A stretch of 64,000 nucleotides of DNA from Acidobacteriota bacterium (GTDB lineage Bacteria > Acidobacteriota > Thermoanaerobaculia > Gp7-AA8). The position numbers and the translations under genes were made by a program. Under the pieces are notes generated by a model. That model was given only the letters and a program-made list of their open reading frames with translations, did no database searches and was not told where the DNA came from. Every line of letters starts with the position of its first letter. Position 1 is the first letter of the stretch. The stretch is taken from contig JAFATB010000023.1 in NCBI GenBank assembly GCA_019244185.1, positions 416,001-480,000 on the forward strand, given 5' to 3'. This document shows, piece by piece, positions 38,157 to 46,054 of this stretch.

Positions 38157-38876
38157 ATGGACCGTCAACACCGTTACGATCTGAAACACGACAGGTTCGT
38201 CGATGAAATCGGCGCCCTCTCGTCGAAAGCACGCGCCAACCAGCGCCTGCTCCTGACCATCGCCGCCGGCGCGGTACTCATCGCCCTCGTCGCCTTCGGC
38301 GTCTATTTCTACCGCTCCACGCGTGAGGACAACGCCCAGCAAGCGCTCGCCGAGGCGATCGACACGATCGAGGCACCGGTGGATCAGCCGGGACAGCCCG
38401 CGCCGAAGACCGGACCGCACTTCAAAACGAACGAAGAGCGCAACGCCGCCGCCGAGAAGCTGTTCAAGGACGTGCAGGCGAAGTACTCCGGCACCAACGC
38501 CGCCGATCTCGCCGAGCTCTTCCTCGCGCGCATCACCGTCGCGCGCGGCGACAGCGCCGGCGGCCGCAAGATGCTCGAGTCGTTCATCGACGATCACAAG
38601 AAGAGCATCCTCGTCGGCGGCGCGCGCTACAGCCTCTATCAGCTGCGCATCGACAACGGCGAAGCCGCGCAGGTGACCGTCGAGCTGAACGCCGAGATGG
38701 CGAAGGCCGATCCGGTTCTGCCGGGCGACTCGATCCTCTCGCTCCTCGCGCATGCGTACGAGGTGCAGGGCAACCCGGCCAAAGAGCGCGAGGCGTATCG
38801 CCGCATCGCGAACGAGTTCCCCGACTCGCCGTACGCCGTCGACGCGCAGCGCAGAGCGGGAATGGGACCGGCGTAG
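38157..38876 (+). CDS. Membrane-anchored TPR protein (YfgM-like)
   Basis: MDRQHRYDLKHDRF N-terminus, single TM helix, TPR-like helices, FPDSPYA. Confidence 0.8.
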   Translation: MDRQHRYDLKHDRFVDEIGALSSKARANQRLLLTIAAGAVLIALVAFGVYFYRSTREDNAQQALAEAIDTIEAPVDQPGQPAPKTGPHFKTNEERNAAAEKLFKDVQAKYSGTNAADLAELFLARITVARGDSAGGRKMLESFIDDHKKSILVGGARYSLYQLRIDNGEAAQVTVELNAEMAKADPVLPGDSILSLLAHAYEVQGNPAKEREAYRRIANEFPDSPYAVDAQRRAGMGPA

Positions 38877-38900
38877 CATGCGGGCGCGCTCCGCGCTCGC

Positions 38901-40022
38901 ATGAACGCACTCGCGACCGTCGTCCTCATCCTCTGGCTCCTCGCCCTCGGGCGAACGATTCTCAACCTGCTCTTCGTCCCGCGGCTGCGCGCGGCCAGTC
39001 CCGCGCGCACGCCGCTCGTGTCGGTGATCGTCCCCGCGCGCGACGAAGAACGCGCCATCGGACGTTCGGTGCGCGCGCTCCTCGCGCAGACGTATCCCGC
39101 GCTCGAGGTCATCGTCGTGAACGATCGCTCGGTGGATGACACCAGCGCGATCCTCGCCGCGATCGACGATCCGCGCCTCGTCGTGGTGAAAGGCGAAGAT
39201 CCGCCCACGAGCTGGCTCGGCAAACCGTGGGCGCTGCATCAGGGCAGCCTTCGCGCGCGCGGCGAGCTGCTGCTGTTCGTCGATGCCGACGTGCTGTACG
39301 AAGAAGGCGCCGTTTCCGCCGCGGTGGCGCAAATCGAATCGCGCGGCGCGGCGCTGCTCGCGCTGTTCCCGCGCTTCGTCATGCGCGGCGCGTGGGAGCA
39401 CATCGCCATGCCGAACCTGCCGCTGACGGCGTTCGTCGTGCTGCCGCTGTGGCTCGCCAACCGGACGCGCATCCGGACGCTCGCGATCGGAGGCGGCCCG
39501 GGGAATCTCATCCGCCGCGCCGACTACGACGCCGCCGGCGGACACGAGGCGCTGCGCGACGCCGTCGTCGACGACATCGCGCTCGCGCGTCTCGTGCGGC
39601 GCGCGGGCCGCCGCACGGAGATCGTGCGCGCCGACGACTTCGTCTCCGTGCGCATGTACCACGGCCTGCGCGAGATCGTCGGCGGCTTCACGAAGAACTT
39701 CTTCGCCACGCTGAGCCGCAACTATGTCGCGGCCGCGCTGTCCGCCGTGCTTCTGCCGCTGATGTGGATCGCGCCGTACGCCGGCGCGTTCGCGGGCAAC
39801 CGCATCTGGCTCGCGGCGCTCATCGCGATGACGCTCGTGCGCGTCGTGCTCTTCGCCGCCCTCGGCTATTCGATCGCGAGCGCGCTCTTCGGTGCGATTC
39901 CGATGGCGCTGGTGTGGCTCTGGATTCTCGTGCGCTCGACGTGGAAGACCGGCATTCGCCGCCAGCTGGACTGGCGCGGCCGCACGTACGACGCGAGCCG
40001 CACGCGCTTCGGCGCGGACTGA
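38901..40022 (+). CDS. Membrane glycosyltransferase family 2 (CrtQ/HpnB-like)
   Basis: VIVPARDEE, WLGKPWA, FVDADV, GGHEA..DDIAL, VRMY, C-terminal TMs, WRGR. Confidence 0.88.
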   Translation: MNALATVVLILWLLALGRTILNLLFVPRLRAASPARTPLVSVIVPARDEERAIGRSVRALLAQTYPALEVIVVNDRSVDDTSAILAAIDDPRLVVVKGEDPPTSWLGKPWALHQGSLRARGELLLFVDADVLYEEGAVSAAVAQIESRGAALLALFPRFVMRGAWEHIAMPNLPLTAFVVLPLWLANRTRIRTLAIGGGPGNLIRRADYDAAGGHEALRDAVVDDIALARLVRRAGRRTEIVRADDFVSVRMYHGLREIVGGFTKNFFATLSRNYVAAALSAVLLPLMWIAPYAGAFAGNRIWLAALIAMTLVRVVLFAALGYSIASALFGAIPMALVWLWILVRSTWKTGIRRQLDWRGRTYDASRTRFGAD

Positions 40023-40054
40023 CGCGGGAATGCGGGTTTGTTCTCATCAGTGAG

Positions 40055-41047
40055 ATGAACCCTCTTCACGGAATCGACGAGGCGGCGTCTCTCACGCCGC
40101 CGTTTGCTCCTCCCACCGAAGACGAAGCGATCCTCGACGCGTACTCGCGCGCGGTGATCGGCGCCACCGAGCGCATCATGCCGTCGGTCGTGAACATCGA
40201 CGTGCACGCGCAGCGCGGGCGCGGCGGCGGCTCCGGCTTCCTCTTCACGCCGGACGGCTTCGTCATGACGAACTCGCACGTCGTGCACGGCGCGACGAAG
40301 CTCGAGGTCGCGCTCGCCGACGGCACGCGCTGCGGCGCTACGCTCGTCGGCGACGATCCGCATACCGATCTCGCCGTCATCCGCATCGAAGGCCCGCGCC
40401 AGCCGGCCGCGCAGCTCGGCAACTCCGACTCGATCCGCATCGGCCAGCTGGTCGTGGCCGTCGGGAATCCGTTCGGCTTCCAATGCACCGTCACCGCCGG
40501 CGTCATCAGCGCGCTGGGCCGCACGATGCGCGCGCAGAGCGGCCGCGTCATCGACAGCGTCATCCAGACCGATGCCGCGCTGAATCCCGGCAACTCCGGC
40601 GGACCGCTCGTCAACGCGCGCGGCGAAGTCGTCGGCGTGAATACGGCGGTCATTCGTCCCGCGCAGGGGATCTGCTTCGCGATTCCGGTCAACACCGCGA
40701 CGTTCGTCGCCGCGCGACTCATCCGCGACGGCCGCATCACGCGCAGTTGGATCGGCCTCGGCGGCCAGAATGTGCCGCTGCTCACGCGCGTCGTCCGCTT
40801 CTACGATCTGCCGGTCGCGAGCGGCATCCTCGTCGTCTCGGTCGAGCCCGACGGACCGGCCGCGAAGGCCGGGCTCGCCGAAGGAGACCTCATCGTCGGC
40901 TTCGATGAAACGCCGATCGCGAGCATCGACGATCTGCATCGGCTGCTCACCGAAGAGTACGTCGGCGTGAGCGCGGAGCTGACCGTCATCCGCCGCACGG
41001 AACGGCTGTCGCTGACGGTCGTTCCGCTGCCGGCCGGCGACCGGTGA
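40055..41047 (+). CDS. HtrA/DegP-like trypsin serine protease with PDZ domain
   Basis: GSGF, TNSHVV (His), DLAV (Asp), IQTDAALNPGNSGGPL (Ser), one PDZ domain. Confidence 0.93.
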   Translation: MNPLHGIDEAASLTPPFAPPTEDEAILDAYSRAVIGATERIMPSVVNIDVHAQRGRGGGSGFLFTPDGFVMTNSHVVHGATKLEVALADGTRCGATLVGDDPHTDLAVIRIEGPRQPAAQLGNSDSIRIGQLVVAVGNPFGFQCTVTAGVISALGRTMRAQSGRVIDSVIQTDAALNPGNSGGPLVNARGEVVGVNTAVIRPAQGICFAIPVNTATFVAARLIRDGRITRSWIGLGGQNVPLLTRVVRFYDLPVASGILVVSVEPDGPAAKAGLAEGDLIVGFDETPIASIDDLHRLLTEEYVGVSAELTVIRRTERLSLTVVPLPAGDR

Positions 41048-41095
41048 GGAACGGGAAATATGATAGATTTCTGACGGTTCTCACGCAGACGCACT

Positions 41096-41863
41096 ATGTC
41101 CAAACCTGCCGAACGGTACACCCGCATCCTCGATCAGCTCATCGGTCCCTTCGACCTCAGCCACGACTTCGGACGCAAAGGCGCGTACGAGGCCGCGATC
41201 GACTATGCGCGGCAGAATCTCATCGACGATCCGCACTGCAACGAGTTCCTGCTCGCCGCCGCGAAACGCCTCGGCTTCGCCGCCATCACGCGCGAGGCGC
41301 TCGAGAGCCGCATCAAGCTGCCGAAAGAAGCGTGGCTCGACGTCTGGATCTCCGACGAGGACGATGAGGTCGCGCTCACCGGCACGCGCGAGGGCATCCA
41401 GTACCTGATCGATCTCCTCACGCAGCTGCGCGATGCGAGCGATCCCGAACAGCACATCCACCTCGACCGCGGCGCGCTGCCGATGACGGAGAACTCCGCG
41501 AACCTCGTCCTCTTTAAGGAAGACGAGACGTGGTTCACCGGCGTGGCCGGCGAAGGCGCGCAGGATTTCCCCGAGCGCGAGATCGATCCGAAGTCGATCT
41601 ATGCGATCCAGTTCATCCACTATCCGCCCGACGATCTCCCCATCAGCGCGCACCGTCTCTATCGCGTGCTGAAGGTGGAAGAAGACCGCGGCAACGCGTC
41701 GAACATCAAGGAATTCGGCGAAGGCAGCGAGACGCGCTATTACCGCTTCACGTTCCTCGCCGACAATGACGAGCGCTTCACGTACACCTTCCACCTCGAC
41801 GACCCGGCCGTGAACTACTTCACGCATCGCGAGATCCTCTCGCTGGCGATGAAGGCCGTTTAA
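41096..41863 (+). CDS. Hypothetical protein with central Imm32-like segment
   Basis: 255 aa with normal codon bias. EVALTGTREGIQYL...HIHL resembles immunity protein Imm32 (from memory). Confidence 0.7.
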   Translation: MSKPAERYTRILDQLIGPFDLSHDFGRKGAYEAAIDYARQNLIDDPHCNEFLLAAAKRLGFAAITREALESRIKLPKEAWLDVWISDEDDEVALTGTREGIQYLIDLLTQLRDASDPEQHIHLDRGALPMTENSANLVLFKEDETWFTGVAGEGAQDFPEREIDPKSIYAIQFIHYPPDDLPISAHRLYRVLKVEEDRGNASNIKEFGEGSETRYYRFTFLADNDERFTYTFHLDDPAVNYFTHREILSLAMKAV

Positions 41864-42098
41864 TCACGGTCGTCGTTCCCGCACAGAACTGTAGGAATGC
41901 GCCGCCTCAATGGAGGTGTGTCTGCCCGCTTTTCTTCAGCGGGTAGGGAAATCAGGCGTGCCGTCACTCCTTAAAGCGAGAGTGCTCTGAGACAAGAGGA
42001 AGTGTCGCTGTGTGCCGGCGACCGCGACTGCGACCGGCACCCATGATTCGTTCCGAAGGTCGTATTGGCGCGCTGCGGCGCCAAAAAGGAGCAACGAC

Positions 42099-43400
42099 AT
42101 GAAGACGGTGATGTTTGTTGCATTGTTCATGACGTCCTCACTGTCCGCCGATGAATTACCGGCGCTGCCGGCCTTTGCGCGCGTGCGCGCGGCCTCACAG
42201 GCTCACGACGGACAGGCAGTCGCGGCGTTGAAGCGCTTCTATGAAGGACGCGCGCTCATTGTGGGCGATTTTCGCTCGACGAACGATGCGTTGGCGCTGG
42301 CGGACGCCATTGAAGCAGCAGGCGGCCGTATCGATCAGATCGTCAATGACCGCGCTCTCGTGGGATTCATCCCCGCGGCCATCGATGAATTCGTGCGGCA
42401 TGCACCGGGCGTGCGTTTTTTCTCGCGAATTCCTGTCGTCGACCTGACAGCCGTCCCCTTCAATGACGATGAGGGCGTGCGCGGCGCGGTGCGACATTTC
42501 AATCGCACGCTCGACGGCTCGGTCCTCCGCGATCTGATGACCAGCGAGTTTCTCCCGCCGGACCGCGACGTCATTGTGGCGCCGGAATCGAGCGTGCCCG
42601 TCGTGAGCACGCAGGACGTGCACGCGCAGGCGGCCGTGCGCAATGTCTCGATGACCGGCCGCATCGGCATTACGTTTCATTTCGTGGAGAGCAACGGCGC
42701 CATCGACGCGGACGAATTCACCTGGACGCCGGCCGACCGCGGCACGATCATCACCCGCGCGCAGGACGGTTACGACTGGTGGCAGTCGCAGGCGAACGCG
42801 CGCGGCAAATCGATCCTCTACACGATCCGCTTCCTGTCGACGCCAGGAAACGCACAGGAGTACGAGCCCTACGAGCCGATCCGCCATCCCGTGAATCACA
42901 AGAGCTATCTCTGGGTGAACCCGATCATGGCCAACTTCGGCTACACGATGACGGACCCGGATCAGGAGATTCAAGCGCTCCGCCGTGTCGATGCGTACAA
43001 CGAGGCCTTGCGCGCCACGATCAACGCGCAGGCGACCTTCTCCGTTTTCGTCATCTACAACCCGAGCCCGGCGCCGACGACGCACACGGACGGTTTCTAT
43101 ACGCTGACGTATTTCGGCGGGCCATGGATGGATCACCCGTTCCGGCCGGGCGGCTATCCGACGTCGTCGTGGGGCTGGGTGCTGGCACACGAGATGGCGC
43201 ACGTCTTCTGGGCGTGCGACGAGTACGCGCCGGTCTGCACCACGTGCAGTTACTGCTTCCCAGGGCAGGGGCCACGTCCGACGACGCCGAACGGAAACTG
43301 CGACAATCCATGCAACACGACTCCGACCGCCTGCATCATGCGCATTGTGAACCCGAGCCAGCCGGTGTGCTCGTATACGGCGACGCAGATCGGCTGGTGA
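42099..43400 (+). CDS. Secreted zinc metalloprotease
   Basis: Signal peptide, AAAGGAG RBS, HEMAHVFWACDEY (HExxH...DEY), Cys-rich C-terminus with CIM (Met-turn-like). Confidence 0.8.
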   Translation: MKTVMFVALFMTSSLSADELPALPAFARVRAASQAHDGQAVAALKRFYEGRALIVGDFRSTNDALALADAIEAAGGRIDQIVNDRALVGFIPAAIDEFVRHAPGVRFFSRIPVVDLTAVPFNDDEGVRGAVRHFNRTLDGSVLRDLMTSEFLPPDRDVIVAPESSVPVVSTQDVHAQAAVRNVSMTGRIGITFHFVESNGAIDADEFTWTPADRGTIITRAQDGYDWWQSQANARGKSILYTIRFLSTPGNAQEYEPYEPIRHPVNHKSYLWVNPIMANFGYTMTDPDQEIQALRRVDAYNEALRATINAQATFSVFVIYNPSPAPTTHTDGFYTLTYFGGPWMDHPFRPGGYPTSSWGWVLAHEMAHVFWACDEYAPVCTTCSYCFPGQGPRPTTPNGNCDNPCNTTPTACIMRIVNPSQPVCSYTATQIGW

Positions 43401-43419
43401 GAACGCAAGGAGGCAAGTC

Positions 43420-44112
43420 ATGCGACGTTTGATGGTCACGGCACTTCTTCTGATCGCGGTTCGCCTCCACGCCATCGAGTTCGAACGGGTCCTGCTGCCC
43501 ATCACGGTGCTGGACGTGCCGGGCGCGTACGGTTCGTTATGGCGCTCCGAGGCGTGGGCGGACATTCGGGAATCCGGCGTCACGATTCTGCTCGTGCGGC
43601 AGACGCATGCGAATCCGCAGCCTCCCGGCAGTCAGCAACTGTCGATCTTTTTCAACGGACCGGGACAAGAGCCTGGCCAGTTTCTCCAGGTGACGCGCGG
43701 CGCCCAGATCTCGTTCAACCTGCGTATTCGAGATCTCTCGCGTGCTGCCGAGACGTGGGGCACGGAAATCCCCGTCGTGTGGGAACGCGACTTCCGCACG
43801 ACGGTCACGCTGCTCCCCATTCCGGCGAACGACGAGTTTCGCAGCACGGTGCGCATCTATGGCGGCACCGCGGGCGACGTGCGCGTGCGCGTCACGGATC
43901 TCGAGACATCAGCCGTGTTATCGGACGACGTGATCTCGCTGCCGGCGACCATCTCCGAGTACCAGCCGCCCTACGCCGAACTGAATCTCCCCACGAACGC
44001 GAACCTCATGCGCGTCGACGTCGACGCGGTATCGCCCGATCTGCGCTTCTGGGCGTTCGCCTCCGTGACGAACAACGCGACGCAGCACGTGACGACGATC
44101 TCGCCGCAGTGA
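43420..44112 (+). CDS. Secreted hypothetical protein, tandem paralogue 1
   Basis: 230 aa, signal peptide, GGAGG RBS. Motifs ERVLLP, GAYGSLW, EIPVV, WAFASVTNN.TQ. Confidence 0.85.
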   Translation: MRRLMVTALLLIAVRLHAIEFERVLLPITVLDVPGAYGSLWRSEAWADIRESGVTILLVRQTHANPQPPGSQQLSIFFNGPGQEPGQFLQVTRGAQISFNLRIRDLSRAAETWGTEIPVVWERDFRTTVTLLPIPANDEFRSTVRIYGGTAGDVRVRVTDLETSAVLSDDVISLPATISEYQPPYAELNLPTNANLMRVDVDAVSPDLRFWAFASVTNNATQHVTTISPQ

Positions 44113-44144
44113 GGGCATCGCGCCGCAGAATGAGACAGACGGTT

Positions 44145-44837
44145 ATGCGACGTTTGACGCTTGCAGCACTCATCCTGATCGCCGTTCGCCTCCATGCGTT
44201 CGATGCCGAGCGGGTCTTGCTGCCGATTGCGGTTCAGCAGGTGCCGGGCGCATACGGTTCGCTGTGGACGTCCGACGTCTGGGCCGATATTCGCGCAGCC
44301 GGCGTGTCGATCGTCCCGCTACGCATTACAGACACGAATCCGCAATTTCCCGGCAGTCAGGAACTGCCGGTCGTGCTGTTCGAAGCTGGCCATCCACCAG
44401 GCCTCTTCCTCGAGGTATCGCGCGGCGCGGCCATCACCTTCAATCTGCGTATTCGAGATCTCTCGCGCGCCACCGAAACGTGGGGTACGGAAATCCCGGT
44501 TGTTTGGGAACGTGACTTCCGCACGACGGTCACGCTGCTCCCCATTCCGGCGAGCGACGAATTTCGCAGCACTGTGCGCATCTACGGCGGAACCGCGGGC
44601 GACGTGCGCGTGCGCGTCACGGATATCGAGACCTCCACGGTGTTGTCGGACGACGTGATCTCGCTGCCGGCGACAATCTCGGAGTTCCAGCCGCCCTACG
44701 CCGAACTGAATCTCTCGCCAAACGCGAACCTCATGCGCGTCGACGTCGACGCGGTGTCGCCCGATCTGCGCTTCTGGGCGTTCGCCTCCGTGACGAACAA
44801 CGCGACGCAGCACGTCACGACGATCTCGCCGCAGTGA
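44145..44837 (+). CDS. Secreted hypothetical protein, tandem paralogue 2
   Basis: 230 aa, collinear and ungapped against paralogue 1. True ATG is at 44145. Confidence 0.85.
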   Translation: MRRLTLAALILIAVRLHAFDAERVLLPIAVQQVPGAYGSLWTSDVWADIRAAGVSIVPLRITDTNPQFPGSQELPVVLFEAGHPPGLFLEVSRGAAITFNLRIRDLSRATETWGTEIPVVWERDFRTTVTLLPIPASDEFRSTVRIYGGTAGDVRVRVTDIETSTVLSDDVISLPATISEFQPPYAELNLSPNANLMRVDVDAVSPDLRFWAFASVTNNATQHVTTISPQ

Positions 44838-44890
44838 CGTCGCTGGCGTCGACTCTCGTGCTACGATCCGCTCCCTTCAGGAGGTGCAAC

Positions 44891-45136
44891 ATGCGCAAGC
44901 ACACTGATTACGAGAACCTCGCTTCCTTTTGAGCGGTCGAGCAAACGGAGGAAGGGGATATCCATCCGAAACGAACGTGCGGCGAGGGCCGCGCGTCGTG
45001 CACGGCGACAAGGTTCTGCTCGAGAAGCTTGGACGCAACGATCCCTGCCCCTGCGGCTCCGCACGCCGGTTTCAAACACTGCTGCATGAAGACCGGCGAC
45101 TTCGACGGGCAGCGGCGCGATCACTATGAACGGTAG
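44891..45136 (+). CDS. Small SEC-C motif protein interrupted by three +1 frame transitions
   Basis: TGnTACGAT box, GGAGGT RBS, ATG 44891. Joined frames read [32 protein letters not shown]...[36 protein letters not shown]. Confidence 0.7.
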
Positions 45137-45143
45137 CCACCGC

Positions 45144-45170
45144 GGCCGCGGGCGAAACACGCCCGCGGCC
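45144..45170 (+). terminator. 11-bp GC hairpin after the SEC-C gene
   Basis: GGCCGCGGGCG-aaaca-CGCCCGCGGCC, 7 nt after the TAG at 45136. No U-tract. Confidence 0.5.
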
Positions 45171-45199
45171 CGCGACGCGTGCGATACACTTCGCGGCCG

Positions 45200-46054
45200 A
45201 TGATCCGGCAGATTTCCGTTCTCGGCACCGGCACGATGGGGCGCGGCATCGCGTATCTCGCGGTCGTCGCGGGCTACGACGCGGTGCTCTTCGACGTCGA
45301 CTCCGCGGCGCTCGACGCGGCGAAAGCGTCCATCGAGTCGCTGCTCCGCAAGGCCGTGGAGAAGGGGAAGCTGAAGGATGGAGACGCCGCCGACGCGGGG
45401 GCGCGCCTGCAGCTCGTCCCCGAGCTCGAGCCGGCGGTGAGCGGCGCGGATCTCATCATCGAGGCGGTGCCGGAGATCGCGGAACTGAAGATCGATCTCT
45501 TCGCGCAGGCCGATCTCTTCTGCGGCGTCGACACGATCCTCGCGTCGAACACGTCGTCGATCTCGATCACGCAACTGGCCTCGAACGTCGAGCGTCGCGA
45601 CCGCTTCGTCGGGATGCACTTCTTCAATCCGCCGCACGTGATGAAGCTGATCGAGATCGTACGCGGCGAGCGCACCAGCGACGCGACGGTCGATCAGGTG
45701 CGCGCGGTCGCGGAGAAGATGGGCAAGACGCCGATCGTCGTGCGCGACAGTCCCGGCTTCGCCACCTCACGCCTCGGCGTGGCCATCGGACTCGAGGCGA
45801 TTCGCATGCTCGAAGAAGGCGTCGCCGAGGCCGAAGACATCGACCGCGCCATGGAGCTCGGCTACAACCATCCGATGGGACCGCTGCGTCTCACCGATCT
45901 CGTCGGCCTCGACGTGCGCCTCGGCATCGCGGAGTATCTCGCCGCGACCCTCGGCCCGCGCTTCGACCCGCCGCAACTCCTCCGCGACAAAGTCGCGGAG
46001 GGGAAGCTGGGGAAGAAGACGGGCGAGGGCTTCTATCGCTGGCCGAGCGACTGA
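45200..46054 (+). CDS. 3-hydroxyacyl(butyryl)-CoA dehydrogenase
   Basis: GTGTMGRGIA, IEAVPE, LASNTSS, GMHFFNP, HPMGPL, LGKKTGEGFY. Confidence 0.94.
   Translation: MIRQISVLGTGTMGRGIAYLAVVAGYDAVLFDVDSAALDAAKASIESLLRKAVEKGKLKDGDAADAGARLQLVPELEPAVSGADLIIEAVPEIAELKIDLFAQADLFCGVDTILASNTSSISITQLASNVERRDRFVGMHFFNPPHVMKLIEIVRGERTSDATVDQVRAVAEKMGKTPIVVRDSPGFATSRLGVAIGLEAIRMLEEGVAEAEDIDRAMELGYNHPMGPLRLTDLVGLDVRLGIAEYLAATLGPRFDPPQLLRDKVAEGKLGKKTGEGFYRWPSD

Larger units (their letters stand above)
43420..44837 (+). repeat. Direct tandem gene duplication, period 725 nt
   Basis: Two 693-nt CDSs. The 3' halves are nearly identical in DNA and the 5' halves are diverged. Confidence 0.92.

Noticed and set aside
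43420-44837. Diversity-generating retroelement TR/VR pair
   Set aside because: No reverse transcriptase in the window, both copies are full genes, and differences are not confined to adenines.
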